64,000 nt of DNA from Eledone cirrhosa (GCA_964016885.1 OZ024750.1:37076001-37140000), one strand, 5' to 3'. Shown: positions 39,126 through 52,516, counted from the stretch's first letter. Translations and numbers: made by a program. The notes: a model not told the origin generated them from the letters alone.

Positions 39126-39593
39126 ATATCCAATGCTTTTATCGAGAACGACACAGCTAGAGACTTATAGAATACTTAGCTGTGTACAGGAACTGGTTTG
39201 AAAGAGCGGTAGCCGGTCCGGCAGAAATTAGAATTTGGATTTAATGCTCTGAAATAGCGATATATATGTGAAGACAAACATAGAATATTCGAAAATATTC
39301 TGTATGTTTATAATAAACATTTTGAAGACCCAATCGCTATATTTACATAAAATTGTAATACGTGACGTATTCTATTCTATAGCGATTGGGTCTTCAAAAT
39401 GTTTATTATAAACATACAGAATATTTTCGAATATTCTATGTTTGTCTTCACATATATATCGCTATTTCAGAGCATTAAATCCAAATTCTAATTTCTGCCG
39501 GACCGGCTACCGCTCTTCCAAACCAGTTCCTGTACACAGCTAAGTATTCTATAAGTCTCTAGCTGTGTCGTTCTCGATAAAAGCATTGGATAT

Positions 39594-39636
39594 GTAGTCC
39601 TGATGATTTCTAATAAGAATGAAACGCGTAGATTAC
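39594..39636 (+). ncRNA. Minimal type-I hammerhead ribozyme (inverted arm)
   Basis: gtagtcCTGATGAtttctaataagaatGAAAcgcgTAgattac. Confidence 0.85.
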
Positions 39637-39754
39637 TTCCCTTGCTTTTATCGAGAATCTCAAATTGTAATACGTGACGTATTCTATTCTATAGCGATTG
39701 GGTCTTCAAAATGTTTATTATAAACATACAGAATATTTTCGAATATTCTATGTT

Positions 39755-39789
<35 letters not shown>

Positions 39790-40436
39790 TTTAATTTTTG
39801 TTAACCTATAATTATATTCTACTATAGATAAAATACAAAATCTGCTTTAATTATTATAAACCTAATTAACATATACTATAGAAATTAATATATAATTCTT
39901 TAATTTAGTTAACCTATAATTTATATTCTACTACCGATGAAATACTTGATTTGGTTTTCCCTATTACTAAATTCATTTCCTAATATTGATACCATAATGT
40001 TAATATTTTAATTTAGTTATGATATAATTAATATTCTACTACTGTTTAACTTCAAAATTCCACTTCAAATATTATAAACCTAAGTAATATACACCTTAGA
40101 AATCAATATATTAACTAATTTTATTTTAGTTAACCTTTAATTAATAGTCTACTTATATTAAAATGCATAATTTTGCCTTCTTTCTTACATTTCCTAATAC
40201 TGAAACTACTATGTAAACATATATTATGATCTAAATGCAGATTAATATTCTATGTTCCTTGAAACCTATATTTACTTTTTCCCACTAATAATTTTAATCC
40301 CCTTCCCCCCCCCCCCTATAATTATTTATATTTGTAAGCGTGGATGAATGTATGTGTATGTAAGTAGGTATGTATGTTTGGGTGTTTATATGTGAGTATA
40401 AAAATACATATGTGCGCATGTAAATAAGTGTCTATG

Positions 40437-40477
<41 letters not shown>

Positions 40478-40500
40478 GTATGTATGTATGTATATATATG

Positions 40501-40533
<33 letters not shown>

Positions 40534-40714
40534 GTCTCTATATATAAGTATGTGTGTATGTATATATGTATGTGTGCGTGTGTATATGTGTATATATATT
40601 TGTAGAGATGTGTGTATGTGTATGTGTGTATATATATATATGTGTGCATAATTGTCTGACTGTGTGTATTTATTTATTTATTTATTTTTTTATATATATT
40701 TATGTGTATGTGTG

Positions 40715-40755
<41 letters not shown>

Positions 40756-41021
40756 GAGTGTATGTATATATGTGTGTGTATGTATATATATATGTATATA
40801 TGTGTGTATATATGTGTATATATATGTGTCTGTATGTATATATGTGTGTATATATATATGTGTGTGTATGTGTGTGTACATATATGTGTATATATGTATG
40901 TGAGTTGTGAATATATGTATATATATATGTGTGTTTGTATGTGTGTCTATGTATTTATATATGTATGTGTATGTGTATCTATGTATGTATGTGTGTATGT
41001 ATATGTGTATGTATGTATGTG

Positions 41022-41080
<59 letters not shown>

Positions 41081-41732
41081 GTGTATGTGTATATATATGT
41101 ATATGTATATCGGTATGTATTTTATGTATGAGTATATTTTACTTGTTTATATATATTTTTTTTAATATATTTCTTTTTTATTTCTAAATTTATAGATACA
41201 TTTTATAAATAGGCAGTTTCCCTGACACCCTTAGTAATTACTGAACCCCTTACCCACTTCTGCATTTGGATGTAAAAATATATGTGGCAGTGTTTATGTG
41301 TGTGCCTAAATATCCATATAGTTATAATATTAATATATACATATGTGTGTGTGTGTGTGTGGAGTGTGTGTGTGTATGTTCGTGGGTATGTGTATGTTTA
41401 TGTGTATATGCGCGTGTGTGTGTGAATGTGTGTATATATATGTGTGTATATATGAATCTATATATGTTTATATGCGTATGTGTATTTTATCTGTAGATTA
41501 TAAACATACAGAGACATTAGCCCTGAATTTTTGTATTTACATACATTTTTTCGACATGCGTATGCATGTGAACATATATTTTTATGCATATCTGTGAACG
41601 AAGTTACTTACATATATACACACACCTAACTGTATTTTCTTGATATATTTTTGTGTATTTCATTGGTCAATTTGAACTCTGTTCCCAAACAGACCTGTAA
41701 TTTTGAATTGTTGTTATTATCAATAAATATAT

Positions 41733-41885
41733 TTCATTATTTCTGAAGACGGCATATGTATGTGTTGGTATGTATATTATATTTGATAATTTGTATAATT
41801 TTGTATAATTTTGAACATAGATCTGTTGAATATGCATACCAATTCTAACACATATATGTCCTAGAAACGATCGTTAAATAATGAA
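41733..41885 (+). ncRNA. Type-I hammerhead with 114-nt stem II in PLE 3' pLTR
   Basis: TTCATTATTT-CTGAAGA-[GGCATAT..TGTGTT GGTATGTATATT...AATATGCATACC..AACACATATATGTC]-GAAA-CGATCG-TT-AAATAATGAA. Perfect 10-bp stem I, palindromic stem III. Confidence 0.78.
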
Positions 41886-42087
41886 CTTTTTTTATTTAAT
41901 ATAAGGAACTGTTTCATTGTTTTATTCATTATTTTTTTAATATTTTATCTTGACTCTGTATTCCGTTTATCTTTCACCGAAAGTGATTTTTGAATGCATC
42001 TCTTCTTTCCATGATATCCGGATTATATTGAGTTCTTCATACGGATTGGACACTACCGTAAACTCTTGGTAGATTTATCTACATATG

Positions 42088-42128
<41 letters not shown>

Positions 42129-42139
42129 GTATATATATA

Positions 42140-43805
42140 CATTAAAATATATGATAAACACGAAACGTGTTTACATTGCAACAGACAAAGTTAGCTATTA
42201 ATGAAATAAACTAATTAAAGTGAATACAATTTGTCTGTCTCGATATAAGTCAATAAAGACAAGCTTATATTGGCAACGGCCATGATTCCTGGACAGATTT
42301 AAATTTCTAAATCCAAACCTGTTCCGTAGACGAATTTGAACCTCGAAACCTAAATCCGTTTCGCAACGGTGGTATGTGAATTGAAAAATAAAGAGAATCG
42401 AAATGGAGTAGAAATAAAAAGTGAAATATCCAAATCTTCTGTGCTTATCAAAAGGAATCCAGTACAATTAGTACATCTCACATCAAAAATGTTGCAGGTC
42501 TGACTACACGTGTGTAGCCAGGCCAAACTAGCCGTCTCGCATTCACGGTGCTAGAAATAACAGCCGTTTATGCGGGATTAAAGATCATCTCTACAATAAA
42601 GGAGCAATATACTATATTATATTTTGAGAATAAACTCTCAGGCGTTTACAATAATTAAGCTCCAGGAAAAGGGGCTTTTCCGAGCAGTTAAATACATTAA
42701 AATATATGATAAACACGAAACGTGTTTACATTGCAACAGACAAAGTTAGCCATTAATGAAATAAACTAATTAAAGTGAATGCAATTTGTCTGTCTCGATA
42801 TAAGTCAATAAAGACAAGCTTATATTGGCAACGGCCATGATTCCTGGACAGATTTAAATTTCAAAATCCAAACCTGTTCCGTAGACGAATTTGAACCTCG
42901 AAACTTAAATCCGTTTCGCAACGGTGGTATGTGAATTGAAAAATAAAGAGAATCGAAATGGAGTAGAAATAAAAAGTGAAATATCCAAATCTTCTGTGCT
43001 TATCAACAGGAATCCAGTAAAATTAGTACATCTCACATCAAAAATTGTGCAGGTCTGACTACACGTGTGTAGCCAGGCCAAACTAGCCGTCTCGCATTCA
43101 CGGTGCTAGAAATAACAGCCGTTTATGCGGGATTAAAGATCAGCTCTACAATAAAGGAGCAATATACTATATTATATTTTGAGAATAAACTCTCAGTCGT
43201 TTACAATAATTAAGCTCCAGGAAAAGGGGCTTTTCCGAGCAGTTAAATACATTAAAATATATGATAAACACGAAACGTGTTTACATTGCAACAGACAAAG
43301 TTAGCTATTAATGAAATAAACTAATTAAAGTGAATACAATTTGTCTGTCTCGATATAAGTCAATAAATACAAGCTTATATTGGCAACGGCCATGATTCCT
43401 GGACAGATTTAAATTTCAAAATCCAAACCTGTTCCGTAGACGAATTTGAACCTCGAAACCTAAATCCGTTTCGCAACGGTGGTATGTGAATTGAAAAATA
43501 AAGAGAATCGAAATGGAGTAGAAATAAAAAGTGAAATATCCAAATCAAGTGAAATATCAGGAATCCAGTAAAATTAGTACATCTCACATCAATAAGCTTG
43601 TCTTTATTGACTTATATCGAGACAGACAAATTGTATTAACTTTAATTAGTTTATTTCATTGATAGCTAACTTTGTCTGTTGCAATGTAAACACGTTTCGT
43701 GTTTATCATATATTTTAATGTATTTAACTGCTCGGAAAAGCCCCTTTGCCTGGAGCTTAATTATTGTAAACGACTGAGAGTTTATTCTCAAAATATAATA
43801 TAGTA
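42140..43805. repeat. Non-coding 555-bp tandem repeat (about 2.6 units) + inverted arm of about 215 bp
   Basis: Units start at 42140, 42695 and 43250. 43592-43805 is an inverted copy spanning a unit boundary. TA at both ends. Confidence 0.92.
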
Positions 43806-43867
43806 TGTATATATATATATGTATATATATGTATATATATATATATGTATATATATGTATATATATG

Positions 43868-43944
<77 letters not shown>

Positions 43945-43966
43945 GTATATATATATATATGTATAT

Positions 43967-44016
<50 letters not shown>

Positions 44017-44254
44017 GCGTATATATATATATATGTATATATATATATGTATGTATATATATATGTATGTATATATACATGTATGTATATATACATGTAT
44101 ATATATATACATGTATATATATATATATGTATATATATATATCAAGTAAATATGTTTTGAAACAGTGAGCAGGTTTGAAATTAGAAAATAGAATAGCTTT
44201 CACCGTATTTTTGACTAAAGGAATTTTAGCCTGATAATGCGGTTCAGAACCCTC

Positions 44255-44437
<183 letters not shown>

Positions 44438-44497
44438 TATATGTATAAGAGACTTAAAATAAGAAAATTATAAAATTAACTTACTTACTAAAATATC

Positions 44498-44579
44498 ACT
44501 TCCAACTAATTAGTTTCTGGAATGGAGTAAATACATCTTCCGAAGAAGGTGTAGAGAATCATCCCGTCATCAGGAAAGT
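44498..44579 (-). ncRNA. Type-I hammerhead, stem II capped by cUUCGg
   Basis: ACTTTC-CTGATGA-cGGGATG..TACAcCTTC-TTCG-GAAGaTGTA..CATTCCa-GAAA-CTAATTAG-TT-GGAAGT. Confidence 0.8.
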
Positions 44580-45005
44580 CTATTCTCATATAAGTCTACA
44601 GGCAAAGCGAGGACTCTGGAAGCTTATTAAAAAAATAAATCTCAAAGCGTGGACTGAAATCCTAGCCATTGAGAAAATCACTGCCTCTGTGTCCGTGGCA
44701 AATTCAAAAAGAATCAAACAGGTGACATCGAGGTCAATCAGTGGAAAGTGGGTTGTTAATAAGACAGCGACCAGCCTACTACCGTAGCAGCAGTCATGGC
44801 CAGTATTGCTCGACAAATAATTTGGAGATAATAATAAAGAATTCATATCTAGTAACATATATATACATACAGATGCATATCGATGCTAGCAAATATATAG
44901 GTTATGTCTTAATAACATTGTGGTTCAATGCATGGGGTTGCAGAACAATAATATAAGAGACGTAAAATAAGAAAATTATAAAATTAACTTACTTACTAAA
45001 ATATC

Positions 45006-45087
45006 ACTTCCAACTAATTAGTTTCTGGAATGGAGTAAATACATCTTCCGAAGAAGGTGTTGAGAATCATCCCTTAATCAGGAAAGT
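45006..45087 (-). ncRNA. Hammerhead copy with core mutation (CTGATTA)
   Basis: Second direct repeat, G8 substituted. Confidence 0.6.
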
Positions 45088-45139
45088 CTATTCTCATATA
45101 AGTCTCCATATATGTATATATGTATATACATAAGTCTAC

Positions 45140-45239
<100 letters not shown>

Positions 45240-45279
45240 GTATATATATATATGTATATATATGTATATGTATATGTAT

Positions 45280-45366
<87 letters not shown>

Positions 45367-45380
45367 TATATATATATGTG

Positions 45381-45411
<31 letters not shown>

Positions 45412-45433
45412 GTGGATATATATATATATATGT

Positions 45434-45502
<69 letters not shown>

Positions 45503-45527
45503 GATATATAGATATATATATATATGT

Positions 45528-45579
<52 letters not shown>

Positions 45580-45603
45580 GTAGATATATATATATATATA
45601 TGT

Positions 45604-45813
<210 letters not shown>

Positions 45814-45872
45814 TCCGTCCAGACCCATGCAAGCGTGGAACACGGACGTTAATCGTTGATGATGATATATGT

Positions 45873-45932
<60 letters not shown>

Positions 45933-45943
45933 ATATATATATG

Positions 45944-45980
<37 letters not shown>

Positions 45981-45984
45981 GTAC

Positions 45985-46094
<110 letters not shown>

Positions 46095-46111
46095 GTATAT
46101 ATGTACATATA

Positions 46112-46169
<58 letters not shown>

Positions 46170-46182
46170 GTATATATATATA

Positions 46183-46232
46183 AGTATGTATGTATACGTA
46201 CATACATATATGTATACAGACGTACAGTAGCA

Positions 46233-46280
<48 letters not shown>

Positions 46281-46781
46281 TATACACATATGCATACAGG
46301 TACACATACATATATGCACGCATCAGTTTAGCCGGCGTTTATTATAACGCCGGCCGCTTTGTTCGTTTGTTTGTCAACAAAGCGAACAGCCTGAATTTAT
46401 GCCATACGGTGTTAAGGCAACCACGTCACCTTTTTTTCAACTTATCGTTTTCGGTATGCCTGACCGATTTAACTCACTCAATATGCAAATTAGGCTGCTC
46501 AGCCGTTAATTTTCATAAGGAAAGTATATACTTTCGAACGTTCAACTATCTGGCAGATGGGTAAACGGTGCTGATGATAGCTAACAAGCTTGAAACTAGT
46601 ACATCGTTCCTGTGTCAGTGTTGAACAAAAAGGTGACGTGGTTGCCTTAACACCGTATGGCATAAATTCAGGCTGTTCGCTTTGTTGACAAACAAACGAA
46701 CAAAGCGGCCGGCGTTATAATAAACGCCGGCTAAACTGATGCGTGCATATATGTATGTGTACCTGTATGCATATGTGTATA

Positions 46782-46829
<48 letters not shown>

Positions 46830-46940
46830 TGCTACTGTACGTCTGTATACATATATGTATGTACGTATACATACATACTTACATTTAAGTAAGTGCCATA
46901 CTAAGAGTGAGAAATGAAATTTCGTTTTCATTTTTTTCAA
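46183..46940 (+). mobile_element. Non-coding hammerhead element with inverted 5' arm of about 250 bp
   Basis: 46183-46434 is the reverse complement of about 46627-46880. Hammerhead in the spacer. Homologous to 59527-60019. Confidence 0.85.
46564..46608 (+). ncRNA. Minimal type-I hammerhead ribozyme
   Basis: AACGGTG-CTGATGA-T-AGCT-AACA-AGCT-T-GAAA-CTAG-TA-CATCGTT. Confidence 0.85.
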
Positions 46941-46942
46941 CT

Positions 46943-47087
<145 letters not shown>

Positions 47088-47178
47088 GTATATATATATG
47101 TATATATATATATGTATATATATATATGTATATATATATATGTATATATATATGTATATATATATGTATATATATATT

Positions 47179-47229
<51 letters not shown>

Positions 47230-47240
47230 ATATATATATG

Positions 47241-47275
<35 letters not shown>

Positions 47276-47294
47276 GTGTATATATATATAGATA

Positions 47295-47346
<52 letters not shown>

Positions 47347-47403
47347 TATATATGTGTATATATATATATGTATATATATATGTACATATATATATATATA
47401 TGT

Positions 47404-47519
<116 letters not shown>

Positions 47520-47584
47520 GTATATTCCGTCCAAACCCATGCAAGCGTGGAAGACGGACGTTAATCGTTGATGATGATATATGT

Positions 47585-47634
<50 letters not shown>

Positions 47635-47643
47635 ATATATATA

Positions 47644-47690
<47 letters not shown>

Positions 47691-47694
47691 GTAC

Positions 47695-47731
<37 letters not shown>

Positions 47732-47743
47732 TGTATATATATG

Positions 47744-47794
<51 letters not shown>

Positions 47795-47811
47795 GTATAT
47801 ATGTACATATA

Positions 47812-47907
<96 letters not shown>

Positions 47908-47936
47908 GTATATATATATATGTATATATATATATG

Positions 47937-47985
<49 letters not shown>

Positions 47986-47986
47986 G

Positions 47987-48097
<111 letters not shown>

Positions 48098-48126
48098 GTA
48101 TATATATATATGTATATATATATATG

Positions 48127-48203
<77 letters not shown>

Positions 48204-48209
48204 GTATAT

Positions 48210-48243
<34 letters not shown>

Positions 48244-48249
48244 ATATAC

Positions 48250-48316
<67 letters not shown>

Positions 48317-48330
48317 TATATATATATGTG

Positions 48331-48361
<31 letters not shown>

Positions 48362-48385
48362 GTAGATATATATATATATATGTAG

Positions 48386-48485
<100 letters not shown>

Positions 48486-48488
48486 AGA

Positions 48489-48598
<110 letters not shown>

Positions 48599-48637
48599 TA
48601 TATATATATATGTAGATATATATATATATATATATGT

Positions 48638-48712
<75 letters not shown>

Positions 48713-48787
48713 TATATATATATATATATATATATGTACATATATATATATAAATATATCTACTTATATATATATATATATATATGT

Positions 48788-48876
<89 letters not shown>

Positions 48877-48977
48877 CCGTCCAAACCCATGCAAGCGTGG
48901 AACACGGACGTTAATCGTTGATAATGATATATGTACACATATATATATAAATATATATATGTATGTATATATATATA

Positions 48978-49102
<125 letters not shown>

Positions 49103-49119
49103 GTATATATGTACATATA

Positions 49120-49181
<62 letters not shown>

Positions 49182-49242
49182 ATATATATATGTATATATA
49201 CAATATTAAATAAATGGAAAACTATATTTATAAAACCATATT

Positions 49243-49308
49243 TATTTCATTATATATATTTCGGGGATATCATATTAACAATATGTTATGCCTTCATCAG
49301 ACAAAATA
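49243..49308 (-). ncRNA. Type-I hammerhead in PLE 3' pLTR
   Basis: TATTTTGT-CTGATGA-stem II (CATATT/AATATG core)-GAAA-TATATA-TA-ATGAAATA. Confidence 0.75.
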
Positions 49309-49664
49309 CAATATAAACAGTTTTATAGATAAATATATTCGACATACCGTAATAAACATCGACTTCATTTGAAGAGGTTTACGCTAGCAGTGAAAATTTT
49401 ATACAGAGAGAAAGAAAAAGAAAAAGAAAGAAAGACAAAACGAAGAAAAGGAAGAAAAAGAAGAAAAAGAAAAAGAAGAAATGCAGAAATGCATGGAACA
49501 AAATAGAGAGATGGAAAATAGATAAAGCGAAGAGCTTCATGTAAAGAAACAGAAAGATATATATATATATAGAGAGAGAGAGGAAATAGAGATAGATACA
49601 TATATATATATATAGAAAATTAGGTAGTGGGAGGTCATTTTGAGTAAGTGTATCAATGATACAT

Positions 49665-49695
<31 letters not shown>

Positions 49696-50869
49696 GCTCA
49701 AGTATTAATGTAAGGGAGATATATAGAGAGAGAAAAAAAATTTAAAAATAGCCAGACATATTCGAGGCGTAGAAAACCCTATGTTTTAATGTATTAGTAT
49801 TTATAAAACTTACACTACATTGTAAATATCAGTATTCCTGAATGAAACAAGTATCCACAATGTGTGAAAATTCATTATCTTATGTTTAGTTTTATAAAAT
49901 TAATATGTTTATGTGACAGCTACAAACATCCATGTGAATCCAACTGATTCACTCTGCAAACTCTAAGTGACCGGAAAACATTCTCAATGTGGTATAAAAA
50001 TTTGAGTGTATTATTATTCCTGCGATTACTCTACAAGATCATCTATCAAGCAGAAATAGAGAGCAGATTTCAATATACTAATAAAAATATATATTATACT
50101 ATAAACAAAACTAAAAATAAAAAGATAACAATAATAATAATAATAATAAGTAAAAATATAGAATAGAAAACTAAAAAAAATAAAAAATATAAAAAAATAT
50201 TATTATTATTATTATTAAATATTAAAAAAATAATATAAAACTAAAAAAATATTACGAAAGAATATTACATAATAAAAATATTGCATACTAAAAATACTAC
50301 GTATTAAAAAATATTACGTATTAAAAATTTACATATTAAAGATATTAAAAATATTAAAAATGAAAATAAAAATAAAAATAAAAATAAAAAATGAAAATAA
50401 AAAATAAAAATATTATAGAATACTACAATACTAAAAAAAATATTATAGAATACTACAATACTAAAAAAATAAAAATAAAAATAAAATAAAAATAAAAATA
50501 AACCACAAAGAACAACCCTTCAAAGTTAATTGACAATATATTGCCAAGTTCATTACAAGACAAAGCCAAAAATTATCTATCAAATCACATCTAGCAAAGA
50601 ACATTTCAAAAAGATTATGATGTCCAATTATGTCTACATATGTTCTTATATTTAATATAGAAGTTTATCTAGTGTAAGGTTAATTCAAAAAATTTGGAGC
50701 ATCGGCTTTTAGGGTAGCTTAATTTTTCATGAGGAATGTTTAGATGAAAATAAAAATAAATAAAATAAAAATAAACAATAAAAAAAGAGTAAAAAGAGGG
50801 AATCAAAGATTTAGGAATCAAAAGATTTATCGGCTAGTTCTCATATAAATATAAATCAAACTAAATATA

Positions 50870-52516
50870 CTACATTTTAAATTTAAATTTATATTTAAAC
50901 GTTGAGTTTAATCTATGTTTGCAACAACTGAATAAATTTGTCCGTAGGTTAAGGGAATTTTTAGATTTTAGTATAAAGAATATCTCCTCTGCGCAGAGGT
51001 CACATGTCTCAGAGGATGAATTAAAAGGAATCCCTCTTGAGACTATATTCCAAGCCGTCGAATATCTAACGTTATCTAGCTTAAGTTGCCAGAGTACGCC
51101 TGATAGTGCCGTTGAAGATTTTTTACTTGGATCCGTGAAAGAATTCTTGTGGTTATTATAGCGAAGTTTAAATTCCGTCGATGTGGAACCGACGTAGTTA
51201 AAAGAATTAGAGTCAGTATTAACATTACAATTGTATACTATATTTTTAACTAAGCAGTTGTTATTTAACGGACATTTAGATCTATCTCTACAGTTACATT
51301 TGTTAACTTGTATATTATTTATGCTATTATCAGTAGGTTTTAAGTTCCTATTATTTATTCTATTAATATTTTGTGCTAAATTTTTGGTGGATGAGTAGGT
51401 TAATTTAATTGTATGCCTATTGAAGATTGAGTGATACCTATGTGTTCTAGGGAAGCGATTATCAAGAGCTTTGAAAAATAATTTAGCGATGTGGGTTTTA
51501 ATGTTTAGTGAGAAAGGGGGGGCAAACCAAATTATGTTCCTAGTTCTATTTCTTTTTTGTCCTTTGGAATTATTGTAATGCTTTCTATTATAGTTGTTAA
51601 AGTTGTTGCCGTAATTAAAAAAGTTGTTACTTTGTTTAGTTTGTCTATCATTATCTATGTACACAATCTTATCAGTATACCCTGCCCTAGCTAGTGCATC
51701 ATTATAGTACTGGGCCTTTTCGTCAAAAATCTTTCTATTCGACGAGATCCTAGAGATACGTTTTTGGACTGAGTTTACTATAGTGTTTTTGACAGATCTG
51801 GGGTGGTTAGAGTTAAAGTTGACATAGTTTAAGTTTTCATTCAACTTGTGAAAAGGATAGTGGAGACATGTGTTGAGATTTAATGTTATATCTAGGAAAT
51901 TGACTATTCTATGGTTGTTCTCAATTTCTATTTTAAGGTTAAAGTAATTAAAAAATTTTGTAATTTGTTTACATTTTCTATTTAGTTCAGGGTTATTATT
52001 ATTAATAAGTAAAAGCATGTCATCCCTATATAAACCTCCGGTAGTACCAGGTATTTTCCTATGTAGCGAATTGATTAAAAATAAGCCCACAAGGTCAGTT
52101 ACCTGAGCTGAGTCGGAAGATCCCATAGTTATGTCAAAATTGCTATCTCTATCTGCTCTGGTCCATAATTTGTCATTAAATTCTATCAAAGTTTTCCTAG
52201 CCGATAATATAATATGCATTTCTTTGCTAGTTAGGTCCGTATGTTTGAATGCGTAATTTAGTGCCTTATTTAGTAGACTAAGGGTAATAGAAGAATAATA
52301 GTTAGCTATATCAAGTTGAATAAACCTATTATTATTGTTATATTTAATTTGCCTAAACCACTCAACAACCTCTCCAGTTCCCTTCCACAAGCTCAGGTTA
52401 GATACACAATCCAAGTTCTTAATTTGCTGTATCACCCTGTCAAGAATGTTTTTGCTTAATTTGCCCAGGTCCGATTTTGAAGGTGCGATCAATCTAACTG
52501 GCAGGTCATTTTCAAA
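50870..52516 (-). CDS. PLE RT + GIY-YIG endonuclease (5'-truncated, uninterrupted)
   Basis: VRLIAPSKSDLG, LDIANYYSSI, FDITMGS, GLYRDD, NFLDI, WFAPPF, CNCR..CPLNNNC, IVYNC...YVG, CDLC..E. The first residues of the ORF-track entry (start 52543) are junction-derived. Confidence 0.9.
   Translation of the reverse strand, partial: FENDLPVRLIAPSKSDLGKLSKNILDRVIQQIKNLDCVSNLSLWKGTGEVVEWFRQIKYNNNNRFIQLDIANYYSSITLSLLNKALNYAFKHTDLTSKEMHIILSARKTLIEFNDKLWTRADRDSNFDITMGSSDSAQVTDLVGLFLINSLHRKIPGTTGGLYRDDMLLLINNNNPELNRKCKQITKFFNYFNLKIEIENNHRIVNFLDITLNLNTCLHYPFHKLNENLNYVNFNSNHPRSVKNTIVNSVQKRISRISSNRKIFDEKAQYYNDALARAGYTDKIVYIDNDRQTKQSNNFFNYGNNFNNYNRKHYNNSKGQKRNRTRNIIWFAPPFSLNIKTHIAKLFFKALDNRFPRTHRYHSIFNRHTIKLTYSSTKNLAQNINRINNRNLKPTDNSINNIQVNKCNCRDRSKCPLNNNCLVKNIVYNCNVNTDSNSFNYVGSTSTEFKLRYNNHKNSFTDPSKKSSTALSGVLWQLKLDNVRYSTAWNIVSRGIPFNSSSETCDLCAEEIFFILKSKNSLNLRTNLFSCCKHRLNSTFKYKFKFKM

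Larger units (their letters stand above)
38298..39758. mobile_element. Non-coding 312-bp tandem hammerhead repeat (retrozyme-like): about 3.3 units minus-sense + about 1.3 units inverted
   Basis: Units start at about 38298, 38610, 38922 and 39234. Inversion junction at about 39341-39349. TA at both ends. Nested in the PLE 3' region. Confidence 0.9.
34650..42086 (+). mobile_element. Near-full-length decayed Penelope-like element (YRDD type, Nematis-like by inference) with inverted 5' pLTR
   Basis: 34650-35212 is the reverse complement of about 41382-41947. CTCTTGGTAGATTTATCTACATA is repeated at 35214 and 42063. Broken RT/GIY-YIG ORF. TA on both sides. Confidence 0.9.
44445..45106 (-). mobile_element. 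508-bp-period hammerhead element (about 154-bp direct terminal repeats, retrozyme-like)
   Basis: 44445-44598 is repeated at 44953-45106, each copy containing a hammerhead. TA flanks, no credible ORF. Confidence 0.85.

Noticed and set aside
43720-43760. TAAC...AAGCCC in the 555-bp unit as a twister ribozyme
   Set aside because: Folds as a simple hairpin. The twister pseudoknot pairings could not be built. No HDV-like fold was found either.
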